Positions 13,231-24,257 of a stretch of DNA of 64,000 bases are shown one piece after another. The stretch spans positions 3,286,001-3,350,000 of the forward strand of contig OU015569.1 in the NCBI GenBank assembly GCA_907165135.1. Reading direction: 5' to 3'. Every line of letters starts with the position of its first letter. The first letter of the stretch is position 1. The notes beneath the pieces were generated by a model. It was not told the DNA's origin. It worked only from the letters and a program-made list of their open reading frames with translations, and did not search any database. Source of the stretch: Oikopleura dioica (lineage: Eukaryota; Animalia; Chordata). Position numbers and translations under genes: made by a program.

Positions 13231-13829
13231 TGACGCGTTTTTTTTTAGGTTGCAATTTAATAACTTTTGCCTGGAATATGATAAGGAAGTGGTTGACGGC
13301 TCAAAATGGAGCTTACGAGGAAAAAAAAATTCGTACCGCATTCGATTTTTTAATTTTGGTACCAAACTTCCGGTATTGAATTTCGGTACTATTTTTTGTT
13401 ATCGGATCGGTACTAAACCAGTACCAAAAGAATCTCCAGAAAATTTCATGAAGAATGGTACCAAAAGATCAGTACCACGACACTTCCGGCCGGAACCAAC
13501 CACCATTGATTTTCCTCAAATTTGCCAAAAATAGACCAAAAACCGTGATTTCCGTAAGCTGTCTCGCTAAAATAAGTACTTATGCGTGATTTATTTTGGT
13601 ACCAGTCTTCATGAAATTTTCTGGAGATTCTTTTGGTACTGGTTTAGTACCGATCCGATAACAAAAAATAGTACCGAAATTCAATACCGGAAGTTTGGTA
13701 CCAAAATTAAAAAATCGAATGCGGTACGAATTTTTTTTTCCTCGTAAGCTCCATTTTGAGCCGTCAACCACTTCCGTATCATATTCCAGGCAAAAGTTAT
13801 TAAATTGCAACCTAAAAAAAAACGCGTCA
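13231..13829. repeat. Large near-perfect inverted repeat (foldback): ~236-bp arms, ~128-bp spacer
   Basis: 13231-13466 is almost exactly the reverse complement of 13595-13829. The ORF track gives near-identical peptides on opposite strands. The arms contain many GTAC(C/T) motifs. Confidence 0.92.
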
Positions 13830-15171
13830 TTGTGGCACCCCGTAATCTCAACGAATCTGAATTTTCAGCTACCATAGGAAACAGATATTTATCAACAGAC
13901 AGCTGTGGATAATTATCTAGATTCTATTTAGAATTTAGGTAGAATAAGTAAGGGGTCAACTATTTTAAGAAATGCCAATTCTGCCAATTCTGAATTGGAT
14001 AAAAAACTGTTTAGAAATCCAATTGTTGAAATCTACCCCTTTAAATAGTAAAAGCTAATGATAAAGAGATTATTTTTAAGATCATTGGTTGTGTTTTGTC
14101 TTCAGCGTACTCTTCGTTGTCTCCAAGAAGATATTTGTCTCGTGCTTTTATTTGATAATTAATTATCAAGCCTTCACAAATGAGCTTTGGTAAAGGTATA
14201 CACATGGTAGACATCAATGTCGCCACATTGCGAAGAATAAGGCGTTATGAAGTTTATATTATAGAAGATTATGATAAGCAGTATCTGGCTGATGAAGGAA
14301 CGAAGAATCGCCACCACATCATTTTCCGAAATGATCCTGTAGGCTCTCCAACCATTCCTCGGATTGAAAGTGCCGCGCAAAGGTTGGCGACCTAGTCGGC
14401 TTCGAAACTGGTTAATGGTTAAGGATAAGGTTAGGGTCATTGTATTTCAACAGAACGTTGTTCAACGTTCTTGAACAAAAAAGAAAGTTTTCAAAAAATA
14501 GGGGATCATTGTGATATTCGTAAATGGCACCATTTGTGATGGCACGCGTCAACATCACTGAAATGACGAAAAAATCATCAAACTAAAGATTGTAATCTCC
14601 AATTTGTATTCTGCTGAAAATTGAAATTTCAGAAAAAAATATCTTGTCTCATTTTTTGTCCGACCTTTGAGCTTCTAAGCCAGATAGAATTAGCAATAAA
14701 TACAAGACGTGAAATCGTAGACACATAGAGAAAGCTCAAACTGGGTAATCGCCGCGTTCCAAAATGTAAGATTTGTTCAGAGTAAGAAATTTAAGTCTTA
14801 ATGTTTTACTGCTGCGTAGGTTCCAGAAGATTATCCAATCAATGCGAAAAGTTTTCTTTTATTTTCTTGAGCTTGGATTTCTACTTATTCCAACCCTCCG
14901 AATAAAGTGCGAATAAAACACTCCTCGAGGCCATTTGAGAGAAAAATAAAAAGCAACTCTTCCAAATTATTTCGTTAGTTTTTCTGAGATTATGTTTTGT
15001 TAACTTTTGGACTCGAACGAGGGAAATTATCAGACGTTCATTTGTGCAAATTTGCACAAAGAGACTTTGTCTGAAGCCGCTCGGATTAATAGCTCATCGA
15101 TAACTGACAATTCGCAGTTCAGAGAAGCGACTTCTGCAACCTACGAATCCCAGATATCCATTTTAGAAGAA

Positions 15172-16243
15172 ATGGAAGTTAATATTGACACTCTGACCAG
15201 TTACACTCTCTGGGCGGCCTTCTGGACAGTACGCGAATTCGTAAGATTCCCTGCGAAATTTGAAATATTTAGTTTGGGACGTTCTCCTTCTTCCCTTTCG
15301 TCAACAAGTTCATCCCACTAATCGCCCAGTGGCGCAAAGGAAAAGATGCCGACACTATTTTGGACATGGATTGTCGCTTTTCGTCTGTCTCGAATTGTAT
15401 CATAGTCTTGGTGCTTTGTTTCTACAGCCTCTTTGACGCTGACAACTTTCAATGGTGGGACATTCATTCCGACCACTGGGCCGCCGAGATGGCTTGCCAG
15501 TGCTGCTTGGGCTACTTCATGTCTGATGTTATCCTGATTTTCCGACTGAGGTTATTTTCGATCGTAGCTAAAAGCAATAACTTTTCTTTCAGAAACTATT
15601 ATCCTCAAGTGTCAGACTTCTACGTCCACCACGCCGTTTCTCTGACCGCGTTTCTCCTCGTTGATGCCAATCAAGGTATGTGTGCCTGATTTTGACAATG
15701 AACTCGCTAACCTCGAGCCTTTCACAACAGTAACTTTCAGCGTGTCGCTATATTTGCATCATCCGTTTGCTCAGTGAGTCGTCGACCCCTTTCGTCAATG
15801 GCCGATGGATGCTGCTGCAGCTGGATCTGAGAGATTCTCTGATCTATCGTTTCAACAGGCATCTGACTTACTACACTTTCTTGCTCTTCCGCATTTGTAC
15901 TATTCCTTTTTACTGGGGAGTCTCCGCTTACTACTTCTACACTGCTCAGTTTGGCAAATGCTCCTGGGCCTTGATAGTGATCCTCTTTGTCTCCGGCATC
16001 GCTCTCGATCTTCTTAACGTCCAATGGTTCTCTCGACTGAAACAAGGTTCATTTCTCCTTTTCTCACCAACAGTTCTCGACTAAATATTTAGGAGTCGAC
16101 CAAAGGAAAGAGCAAAAAAAGCAGGAGAAGCAGAGGAAAAGCGGTTTCAAGCGTTCAGAAGATCCAACAGAAGAAGGAGTCTTCTGTTGCCCGCGCCTGG
16201 CGAATCTGCTCTCGTTTACCAGCGAAAAAAATCGAACAGAATA
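15172..16243 (+). CDS. TLC (TRAM/LAG1/CLN8) domain membrane protein, TLCD4/TMEM56-like
   Basis: Spliced product contains LGYFMSD, FYVHH and LLSESSTPFVNGRWML...FLLFRI, plus several hydrophobic helices. Introns are short GT-AG. The last-exon frame is less certain. Confidence 0.85.
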
Positions 16244-16334
16244 AACGAAACGAGAAAGACAAAGTAGACTACTGAAATTATAGCTCTGTTAAATTGAAAA
16301 ATGAGAAAATAAAAGGATTCAATTATTACGTCGC

Positions 16335-16600
16335 TCACGAGTCGAGCGATTCGCGACATCGGCGACTGTCACAGACCCGATGCTCGATCGCAGACTTAAC
16401 GATGTCGGGAAGTGTTTCCAAATACAGATCAAATACGTGATAGTTTCCGGGACGGCCAATGTGACTGGCGCACTTCTCGTCGCTATAAAAGAAGCCGTCC
16501 TGCTCGGCATGTTTTAACTTACTTGAAAGTGGCCTTTACGGAAACAGAAGAGTGTCTTTGATAAATAGCCCCAATATTTTGGAAATCAACCCATCCTTCA
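16335..16600 (-). CDS. 3' exons of a small hypothetical gene
   Basis: Exon GWVDFQNIGAIYQRHSSVSVKATF joins DEKCASHIGRPGNYHVFDLYLETLPDIVKS...LDS* through a 40-nt gtaagt...ttttatag intron. The 5' end is not resolved. Confidence 0.4.
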
Positions 16601-17106
16601 AAAGTAAATTTAACTACTTATTGTTCCAACTGAAGGTGAAACACAGTGTTCTTACAACAATTTTTTTCTATTCGATTTGTGAGTCAATTCTTAAATTTTC
16701 ATTTATAAAATTCTCTTGTTAAATCACATGCATATATATTTTCTTTTGTGAAAAGGAAACAGGCGGACAAAGGTAGATCTTCTATTTTAGCAATTTTAAA
16801 ATAGAGGATGATCTGGAGGATAAAAGGAAAGCGCGCTGCGTAGGCAGAGAGCCCATGACTCAGCAAAAGGAAAAATCTAAAACAAAAAGCGGCGCCGAAC
16901 CTTTCTCCTTGAAGTATCCTTTTTTTCTAAATACAGAGATCATCAGAAGCCAGAAATAAAGCGTGAATGAGAGTTTTTCCCGTTTTTCCTAAACTCGAAC
17001 TTGAATTCCAGAAATTCTGTTTTTAAATAAAAAATGCAGCTCGTCTAATCTAAGAAGAAGATTAAGACTGAAACTCGAGTCGACTCTGCTTGTAACTTGG
17101 AATTCT

Positions 17107-18802
17107 ATGTCCAGCTACATTGAAGCTATAAAACTAGCTCAGCAAAAGAAATCAAAGCAGAAATCTGCGCCAGTTAACTCTGGCACTTATGCATCAAGCT
17201 CCAGTTCCCTTCTCTCGGGAAACAAAAAGCTAGAACGCAAAAAGCCCGACCCAAATGTAAGTTTGCGGCTGTTTAAAAAGTCGATGACAATTTATTGCAG
17301 GCGATCGCGAAGCTGAAGCAAAGAATCGCGGCGGAAAAGCCAAAACCTGCGCCGCCGAAAAAGCCAAAAGAAAGCAATGTCCATGGACCCAGCTCTAGCA
17401 AGGCAGTGAAAGATAAACCCAAAAAGTCTTCCTCTGAAAGCTCAGTTAGCAAGAAGGTAAGCCGCGTAATTTACCAAGAGAGCCGTGAATTCCGTTTTTG
17501 TAGCCTAAATCGCTCGTCTCTTCAAAACATGCTCCGAGCAGCTCTTCCAAGTACGAAGAGCCGCTCAAAAAGCGGAAATCGGAGAACGGGCCTTCTTCAA
17601 GTTCCTCAAGTTCAAAGAAGGCGAAGTTAAGTTCAGAGTCGAATAACAACAAGAAGAAGCAGGCGGTATCGTACCACGAAATGATGGCGAGAGCGACAAG
17701 TGGCAAGTCGAACAAAGACAAGTCTCCGGCAGAAACATCCTCACACAAATCTTCAAAAAACAAAAACAAAGAATCGCAAGGCGAGTCAAGCAACTCCAAA
17801 AAGGATGAAGAATATCTTTACTGGGGACTAAACGACGAAGAATACAAATTCTACCACAGTCTCAATAAAAAAGCGCGAAAGGCGGCTGAGAAGGGAATTG
17901 AATGCAAACTGGACTCGTACGAGAAGAGAATGCAGGAGAGAATCAAGAAAAAGAAAAATGAGTATAAAGCGAGGGCCAAGAAGGAGGCTGAAAAACAATC
18001 GCTGCTGGAAAAAGCGAACAAATACAAACCAAGCAAGAACAAATCCACTAACAAGTAAGCGAAAAGCATAGTTTTAATGAATCTAATTTTATCTAAAGTC
18101 TTCCGCCGCCCAAGCCTCAGCCGCCTAAGGTACTCAATCCCTACGCCAAGCTGGAGATCAGCAAAGGGAAGAAATCGAAAATACAAGAACAATCTAGCGA
18201 ATCGTCAAAACTGCCAAAGAAAGAATCTAAGTTGCCCAAATCTAGCTCCGTTCAAAATTCACAGGTACTTGCCAAGTCCGATTTGAATGAGTCCAAATTG
18301 AATCCTAGCCTAAAAATGGCTATTCGAGGCCACAAACAACATACGGAAATCGCGGTTTCGACCCGTATGCGCACAGAAGAGACAGCAACCCGTACCAACA
18401 AAGGAGTAGAAATCCGTATGACGATCTTCCTGATTCGGAGGACGAGTACGACTCTGAACTCGATGATTTTATCGACGACGACGAAGATACAGTTGGAGTC
18501 GACGTAGCCCGTCAGCTTGTTCGGTAAGTCCTCGATTGACTTTGTTATTTCGATTGTAAAATTTTTTCAGTGCTAGTTGCAAGAAAATCTTCACAATGAA
18601 GAGTGGCGAAACATATTCAAGTGACAAATGGGCAGAGCGAGAACGCGGCCTCTCCGACCACGCCCTCCGTAAGCAAATGACGAGTTCGAATCGTCAGCTT
18701 ATGGAGGAGGAACGCATCGCTGCTAGACGGGCCAAAGACGAGGAGAAATTGTACAATCAGAAATACGGCGTTGACCGCGCCGTCGACTACGGCTCCGACT
18801 GA
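17107..18802 (+). CDS. SPT2: SPT2 chromatin protein homolog (SPTY2D1-like)
   Basis: Lys/Ser-rich body and C-terminal EYDSELDDFIDDDED...KIF...LSDHALRKQMTSSNRQLMEEERIAARRAKDEE, matching the SPT2 domain pattern. Four GT-AG introns. Confidence 0.8.
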
Positions 18803-19343
18803 GCCCCTTCGCTCATTTTCTAAATTATTTCCATTTTCACGTGCTGTAACATACACCACACTTTTACGTTGAAGCTCAGTTTCCGTGATCGCCAGGAATG
18901 CACTAAAATTGTCTCACTGTGCAGTGCATTTAGATCTCTCTCGTTAAGTGTTTTTAATTTTTCTTGCGGCCTATTTTCTACCAGTTCAAATCACTCTTCT
19001 TTCTTCTACTTTCCGTTTTGATCAAATTGTCTCTTTACATATTCAATAAAATACGCTGAAAATGTCTCAGAATAAAATAAATACGGATTGGGCACCATCT
19101 TTTATCCCGGAGCCATCCGAAAAGTAAAAACGGTTAATAAAAATAAGTTGCCTGTTAAAAATGGCTAGCATGTAAATAAATATCTCAGCGACACTATTTG
19201 CCGCCTGTTCACTACCGGTAGATGAAAACACTAAGATCAACTGTTGGTCGCAAAATTACAGAAAATCAATAAACGTCTTCTTTTAAAAGTTGCGCTCAGT
19301 TGTTCACCAGGCTCTTTCTAGAATCGAAAGGGAGTAAATAAAC

Positions 19344-20632
19344 ATGTCTGGTCTTGGTTATAACACGCTGGATCAAACTGCCAAGAAGTTTAGGAAGAAG
19401 CAAGACAATAATGCGTTGGGATTTCTATTGAACCTATTTCAAAATTTGATGTTCGACGATGCCATTCTATCTTGTATTTTCGGGTTCGAAATCCCTTGAT
19501 AAGATACATATGAGTTTTACGGATCTGTGGATGATCGCGGTAGACGAACGTGGGACACGGCAGCGTACGAGCGTAAAGCTAAGTACGGCCATGCTGGGAC
19601 TGTTGCGACGGACTTGAAGTCGGACAAGCGCAACCTACCGCCGAGTCAGCGAGACATGCTGAAAGCGAGAGACTACAAGGTCGATCTGGATTCTAAAGTT
19701 AACAGAACAAGTGTCGTATCAATGACAGACGGTGGAAAGGTAAACTCTATGCACGATTTCACCAAAAATACATAATTGAAGGATGGTTCCGCTGGATATT
19801 ACTGTGAAGTTTGTGACTGCGTGATCAAAGATTCAATGAATTACTTGGACCATATCAATGGACGAAAGCATATTCAAAACCTTGGAATGAGTATGAATTT
19901 GAAAAGATCTACTGTAGAAGACGTCAAAAATCGGTACTGATTAGATATCACAGTATTAGTTTACTTGGAAACTGTATGTAGCTTTAAAATGCACAAAGAG
20001 AAGAAAGTAGTCGAAAAAAAGGAATACTCGCTGGCAGAGAGGCTGGCTGATGCAGCTGAGGAAGAAGAGAGAATGGCAGCTTATTCGCAACAGGCAAGGG
20101 TCAGTCAGTGATTCATGTTATAATTTCCGCTAGGTTAAAAAAGATCGAAAACAGCGCAAACGAAACAGAGATGAAGAAAAACGACAAAACGACTTAGAAC
20201 TCAAACGAGCAAAGGTAACCTAGTTTTTAAGATAAAATGAAACGATGAGAATATTTTAGCGTGCTATGGAGGAAAAGCTAAGAAAAGAGCATGATGCTCT
20301 TATCGAAGAAAATCGAAAGAAAGAAGCCCAGAAAAAAGCTGAATCAAGACGACCAGGCTCATCTGACGAGGACAGCCCATCTGAAAAAGACAATCCACCA
20401 CCTCCTCCTCCTCCAAAGGTTCTTTATTTTCGCCCTTCTGATGTCATTTGTCCATTTTTTTTGAATAAATCAGTCCCTAGACTCCCGAATGAGGAGTTTA
20501 ATTTTGAAACTGATTTATTAATTAATATTGTAGCCGGTGAGCGAGGATTTATTAGCCGCAGCGGACAATGACGATGATATGATGGCCGCGATGGGTTTTG
20601 GAGGCTTTGGGGGATCTGCAAAGGATGCGTAA
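19344..20632 (+). CDS. ZMAT2: Zinc finger matrin-type 2 / Snu23 spliceosomal protein
   Basis: [56 protein letters not shown] and C-terminal [11 protein letters not shown]. The first exon is uncertain. Confidence 0.92.
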
Positions 20633-20719
20633 TTATTTTACAAAAATTTCAATTATCATTGCCACACTACAAACATGATCACTTTCCTAAATTTTAACTA
20701 AGTTTTTAACCTTTTTAGA

Positions 20720-23700
20720 ATGACAGAGGACAAGAGATTCGAGCGATTCAAAACAGATCCCAAATTCAAGAGTCTACGAAAGAACAGAAACAAAGTCAAA
20801 CTTGATGACCGGTTTACCGAAGTGCTGAGGTAATTTTTTCCATTTTTATTTATAATTGCATTTGAGAAAAGAAAGGTTAACGAAAGAATGACATAAATAG
20901 AAGGTTGAATAAGACAGTGGAGGATTGGATAAATAGCGATTAGAATAGTAGGGTTAATACTCGGAAAACAGGAGCCGATCGGCATCGTCAACTCGCACAA
21001 CATTTCGAGTTCCGTCTTGATTGACTCGGAAGGTAGTCAGCTCGTTTGTTTCCTCATCGAGTTCACTTGTGACGTAGACTGGAACGTCGACATAGACTGG
21101 ATAATCCTCATAGACAACGTTCTGCACCTCGTTTGCTGACTGCTCAATTTTGGACTCGTCGGAAGTCGCATACTCGAAGAGCACGTCCTTGGCGTTGTCA
21201 GATCTAAGGAAGGTTCGGGAACCATCTTCGTTGATTTGGAAAGTAAGAACTGTTCCACTTTCGGGGTCGTAATCAGTTTCAATGTAAACTGGCAAGTCGA
21301 TGTAAACGGGGTAGTCTTCGTAGATGATTTCAGGCTCAACACTTTCTGTTGTAGTAGTCGTGGTGGTTGTGGTTGGAGCAGCATCAGTTGCGCTCTCGGA
21401 AATAAATTCAACGTTCTCGGCAGGATCGACGCGCAAGAGAGTTCGTGAGCCGTCTTCATTGTATTTGTATGTGTAGATTTCGTTGGTGGTTTCATTGAGT
21501 TCGGTATCGACCCAGACGGTGACGTCGACATAGACGGGGTAGTCCTCGTAGATTACCTCTTGAGTTGTAGATGTGGTAGAAGTTGTCGTTGAAGTGGTCG
21601 TTGAAGTGGTCGTAGTAGTCGAAGTTGTGGTAGTTTCTGGTTTGGAAGTAGTTGTTCCCTTGAAAACAATATTGTCTCGAGGATCAACTCGGATCAAAGT
21701 TCTTGATTCGTCGTCATTGATCTGGTAAGTGTAAACTTTCTGGTTTTCATGGTCGATCACGGTTTCGACATAAACAGGAACATCAATGTAGACTGGATAG
21801 TCGACGTACTGTACGTCTTCTGTTGTGGTTGTAGTGGTTGAAGTTGTGGTCGTAGTGGTAGTAGTTGTGGTGGTAGTGGTTGTTGTCGTAGTCGGCTTAG
21901 TAGTCAATTCCTGCATGATGATCATTCTTTGAGGTCTTGGCATCATGATTGGCATTTTCTGCATATTTTGTTGTCGAATGAGCCGTTGTTGTTGCTGGAT
22001 AAGCTTCTGTTGTCGCTGCAGAAGATTGTTGAGGCTCAACATGTGCTGTTGGGTGTTCAATTGTTGCCGTTGACGTTGAAGCATGAGGTTCAATTGGCGA
22101 GAAGCATGAATTCGATTTCGTGGACGCATTGCTTGAGCAACTTGTTGTGGTCTCATGACGACGGTTCCAGGAGCCTGTTGGTAGAACTGCTGAGAGTTGA
22201 CGGTCGAAGAAAAAATCAGAAAGAGGGTTTGCAAGATCATTTTGGAAGTTGTTGATCGAACTGTTCTGAGTTTGTCAAGTTCCCTTTCCTTCTTATACTC
22301 CGATCAGCTGCGGCGGTAAAGAGTGGCACCTGTCATAAAATTAGGTCGCTAGAATCGGAACGATGCACATGATAGATAAGGAGGTCGATTAGAGCATGAT
22401 AAAAATTTCACAGAGCGTAACTCCCATATTGCGAGCGAATTCGCATTCTGGGTATGGGAATCTAATTATTGCATTTAGTAAAAGCGGCGAATTCAATCTC
22501 GAATGGAAACGTGATCGCTATGGCAAGAAACTGTCCAAGTCGTCGACCGAGAACTTCAACCGTTTCTATGAAGGAAATGCACACAAATCTAGAAAAGAAT
22601 TTAAATCGAGGATTCTTGATGAAGATGACGATATGAGCCAACAAGATCTAGGAAAAGACTTCGATAAGATTCGAGGAATGGGAGCTGAAGTAGATACCTC
22701 TGAATCGGAACCTGACTCGGAATCTGAAGCTGAAAGTGATGGTGACGACCTCTACGATCAGGCCAAGGATGAAGTAAAAACCGCAGCCGAAATTTTCCCC
22801 CGACTGGCGATGCAAAATATGGATTGGGATAGAATCAAAGGAAACGTGCTTATATTCGCAAATTCTTTTATTTTCGCGTTGTTAGATAAGTTCACTTTAA
22901 AGCACTCGTAAGCCGTTGATATTTACGTATTAGTTGCGTCTGTGCTCCCTGAGGGCGGGATCTTAAAAAAGGTGACCGTTTACATGTCCGAGTTCGGAAA
23001 GAAGATGACCGCAATAGAGGCTAAAGAAGGACCCAGGCTTGCTGATGTAGGTTCAAAATTCTCGTTGATCAAGATAGCGATATTTCATTTATTCAGAGCT
23101 CGAAGGAAGACATGAGCGAGGAGGATCGTCTCAGAGCCTACCAGCTAGAGCGATTAAAGTATTGCTATGCGGTGATTGAGACAGACTCTGCAGCTACTGC
23201 AGATGCCATCTACAGTGAGCTTGATGGCCAGAGTGTCGGAGAATCTGGTAGTTTTATCGACCTTCGATTTATACCCGACCATGTCAGTTTCGACGATGAC
23301 GCACCAAGACTCCAAAGAACAAACAACTTGCCCGATGAATGTACTCAAAAGCCGAGGAATTACGATTTGCCAGAATTCGTTACATCCGCCTTGAGTCGAA
23401 CAAAAGTGAATCTGACGTGGGATGAGCAAGATCGTGGAAGAAAATCGATTGTCTCAAAGTTACGAAAAGGTAAAAAAACCAATCCTATTGATTAAATTTT
23501 TGTGGCCGGCCGATTCATTGCTTATAAAATGATTAAGGAGATCTTGTTGACGACCAAATTAGTCACCTAATCGCTTCTGGCTCTGAATCAGAAGACGAAA
23601 GCACCCTTACAAAGTACCGTTCTCTCGCTGGAGGTGCGGGAGCTTCAAGTAATGGCGCAGTCGAATTCAAGATGGAACGAAAAGAGAACAATTCTGACGA

Positions 23701-24204
23701 TGACTCCGATGATAACTTGGTTTCGGACGAGGAGAAGGAAGAGAGCGATGATGAAGCGAGCTCATCGGAAGATGAGCAGCTAAAGGAAGAACTCGATCTT
23801 CTTATGTTTGACCCCGAGGATCAAGGAAAAGAGGATTTTGCACACGAAAAAGAATCTAAAGAGAAAGGAAAACGAAAGAAGAAAAGGCGTCCAAAGGTGA
23901 TAAAAAATTTTTTTTTTGATAAATCCTAATCTTATAGAAACAAATGGCGGAGGGCGCTGATTTGGGCGATAGTCGGTTCGGTGATGCTCTTTTGAATGAT
24001 CCCGAGTTTGCGGTAGATCGAACGCATTCTGCTTATAAACCGTCCAAAACCGGAGAAGAGCTTCACAGAAAACGCACAGCTAAGCACTTAGCTGATATCT
24101 TGGAAGGAAAAGCGAAAGAGAGCGCCCCTGTGGAACCAAAGAAAGCTGCCAAGGAAGACAATAGAGATATTATTGCGAGAATCAAAATGCGAAACAAAAA
24201 ATGA
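20720..24204 (+). CDS. ESF1: ESF1 nucleolar pre-rRNA processing protein
   Basis: DKRFERFKTDPKFK...KVKLDDRF, RLAMQNMDWDRIKAVD, RLRAYQLERLKYCYAVIE, FIDLRFIPD, KVNLTWDE and NUC153-like DSRFGDALLNDPEFAVD. Intron 1 spans 20830-22478. Confidence 0.95.
20954..22240 (-). CDS. Intronless secreted Gln-rich/Thr-rich (mucin-like) protein with four ~53-aa repeats, nested antisense in ESF1 intron 1
   Basis: 428-aa ORF with a hydrophobic N-terminal signal-like segment, poly-Thr linkers and four repeats of xYxDYPVYxDxPVYVxT...TxQxNxDGSRTxxRxD. It has no Cys. Confidence 0.9.
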   Translation of the reverse strand: MILQTLFLIFSSTVNSQQFYQQAPGTVVMRPQQVAQAMRPRNRIHASRQLNLMLQRQRQQLNTQQHMLSLNNLLQRQQKLIQQQQRLIRQQNMQKMPIMMPRPQRMIIMQELTTKPTTTTTTTTTTTTTTTTTSTTTTTTEDVQYVDYPVYIDVPVYVETVIDHENQKVYTYQINDDESRTLIRVDPRDNIVFKGTTTSKPETTTTSTTTTTSTTTSTTTSTTSTTQEVIYEDYPVYVDVTVWVDTELNETTNEIYTYKYNEDGSRTLLRVDPAENVEFISESATDAAPTTTTTTTTTESVEPEIIYEDYPVYIDLPVYIETDYDPESGTVLTFQINEDGSRTFLRSDNAKDVLFEYATSDESKIEQSANEVQNVVYEDYPVYVDVPVYVTSELDEETNELTTFRVNQDGTRNVVRVDDADRLLFSEY

Positions 24205-24257
24205 TCCTTTCTTTAGTCTTGCAAAATTATCTTTTGTTTACAATGTTCTTCTTCAGA

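Noticed and set aside
13150-13877. ORFs on both strands with identical peptides
   Set aside because: They are a by-product of the inverted repeat, not genes.
14041-14440. Two overlapping minus-strand ORFs suggesting a frameshifted pseudogene
   Set aside because: No recognisable homology and no supporting splice pattern.
19431-19530. Possible non-canonical first intron of ZMAT2
   Set aside because: A canonical GT-AG solution (ATG TCT G|gt...ataag|AT ACA) exists, so no non-canonical claim is needed.
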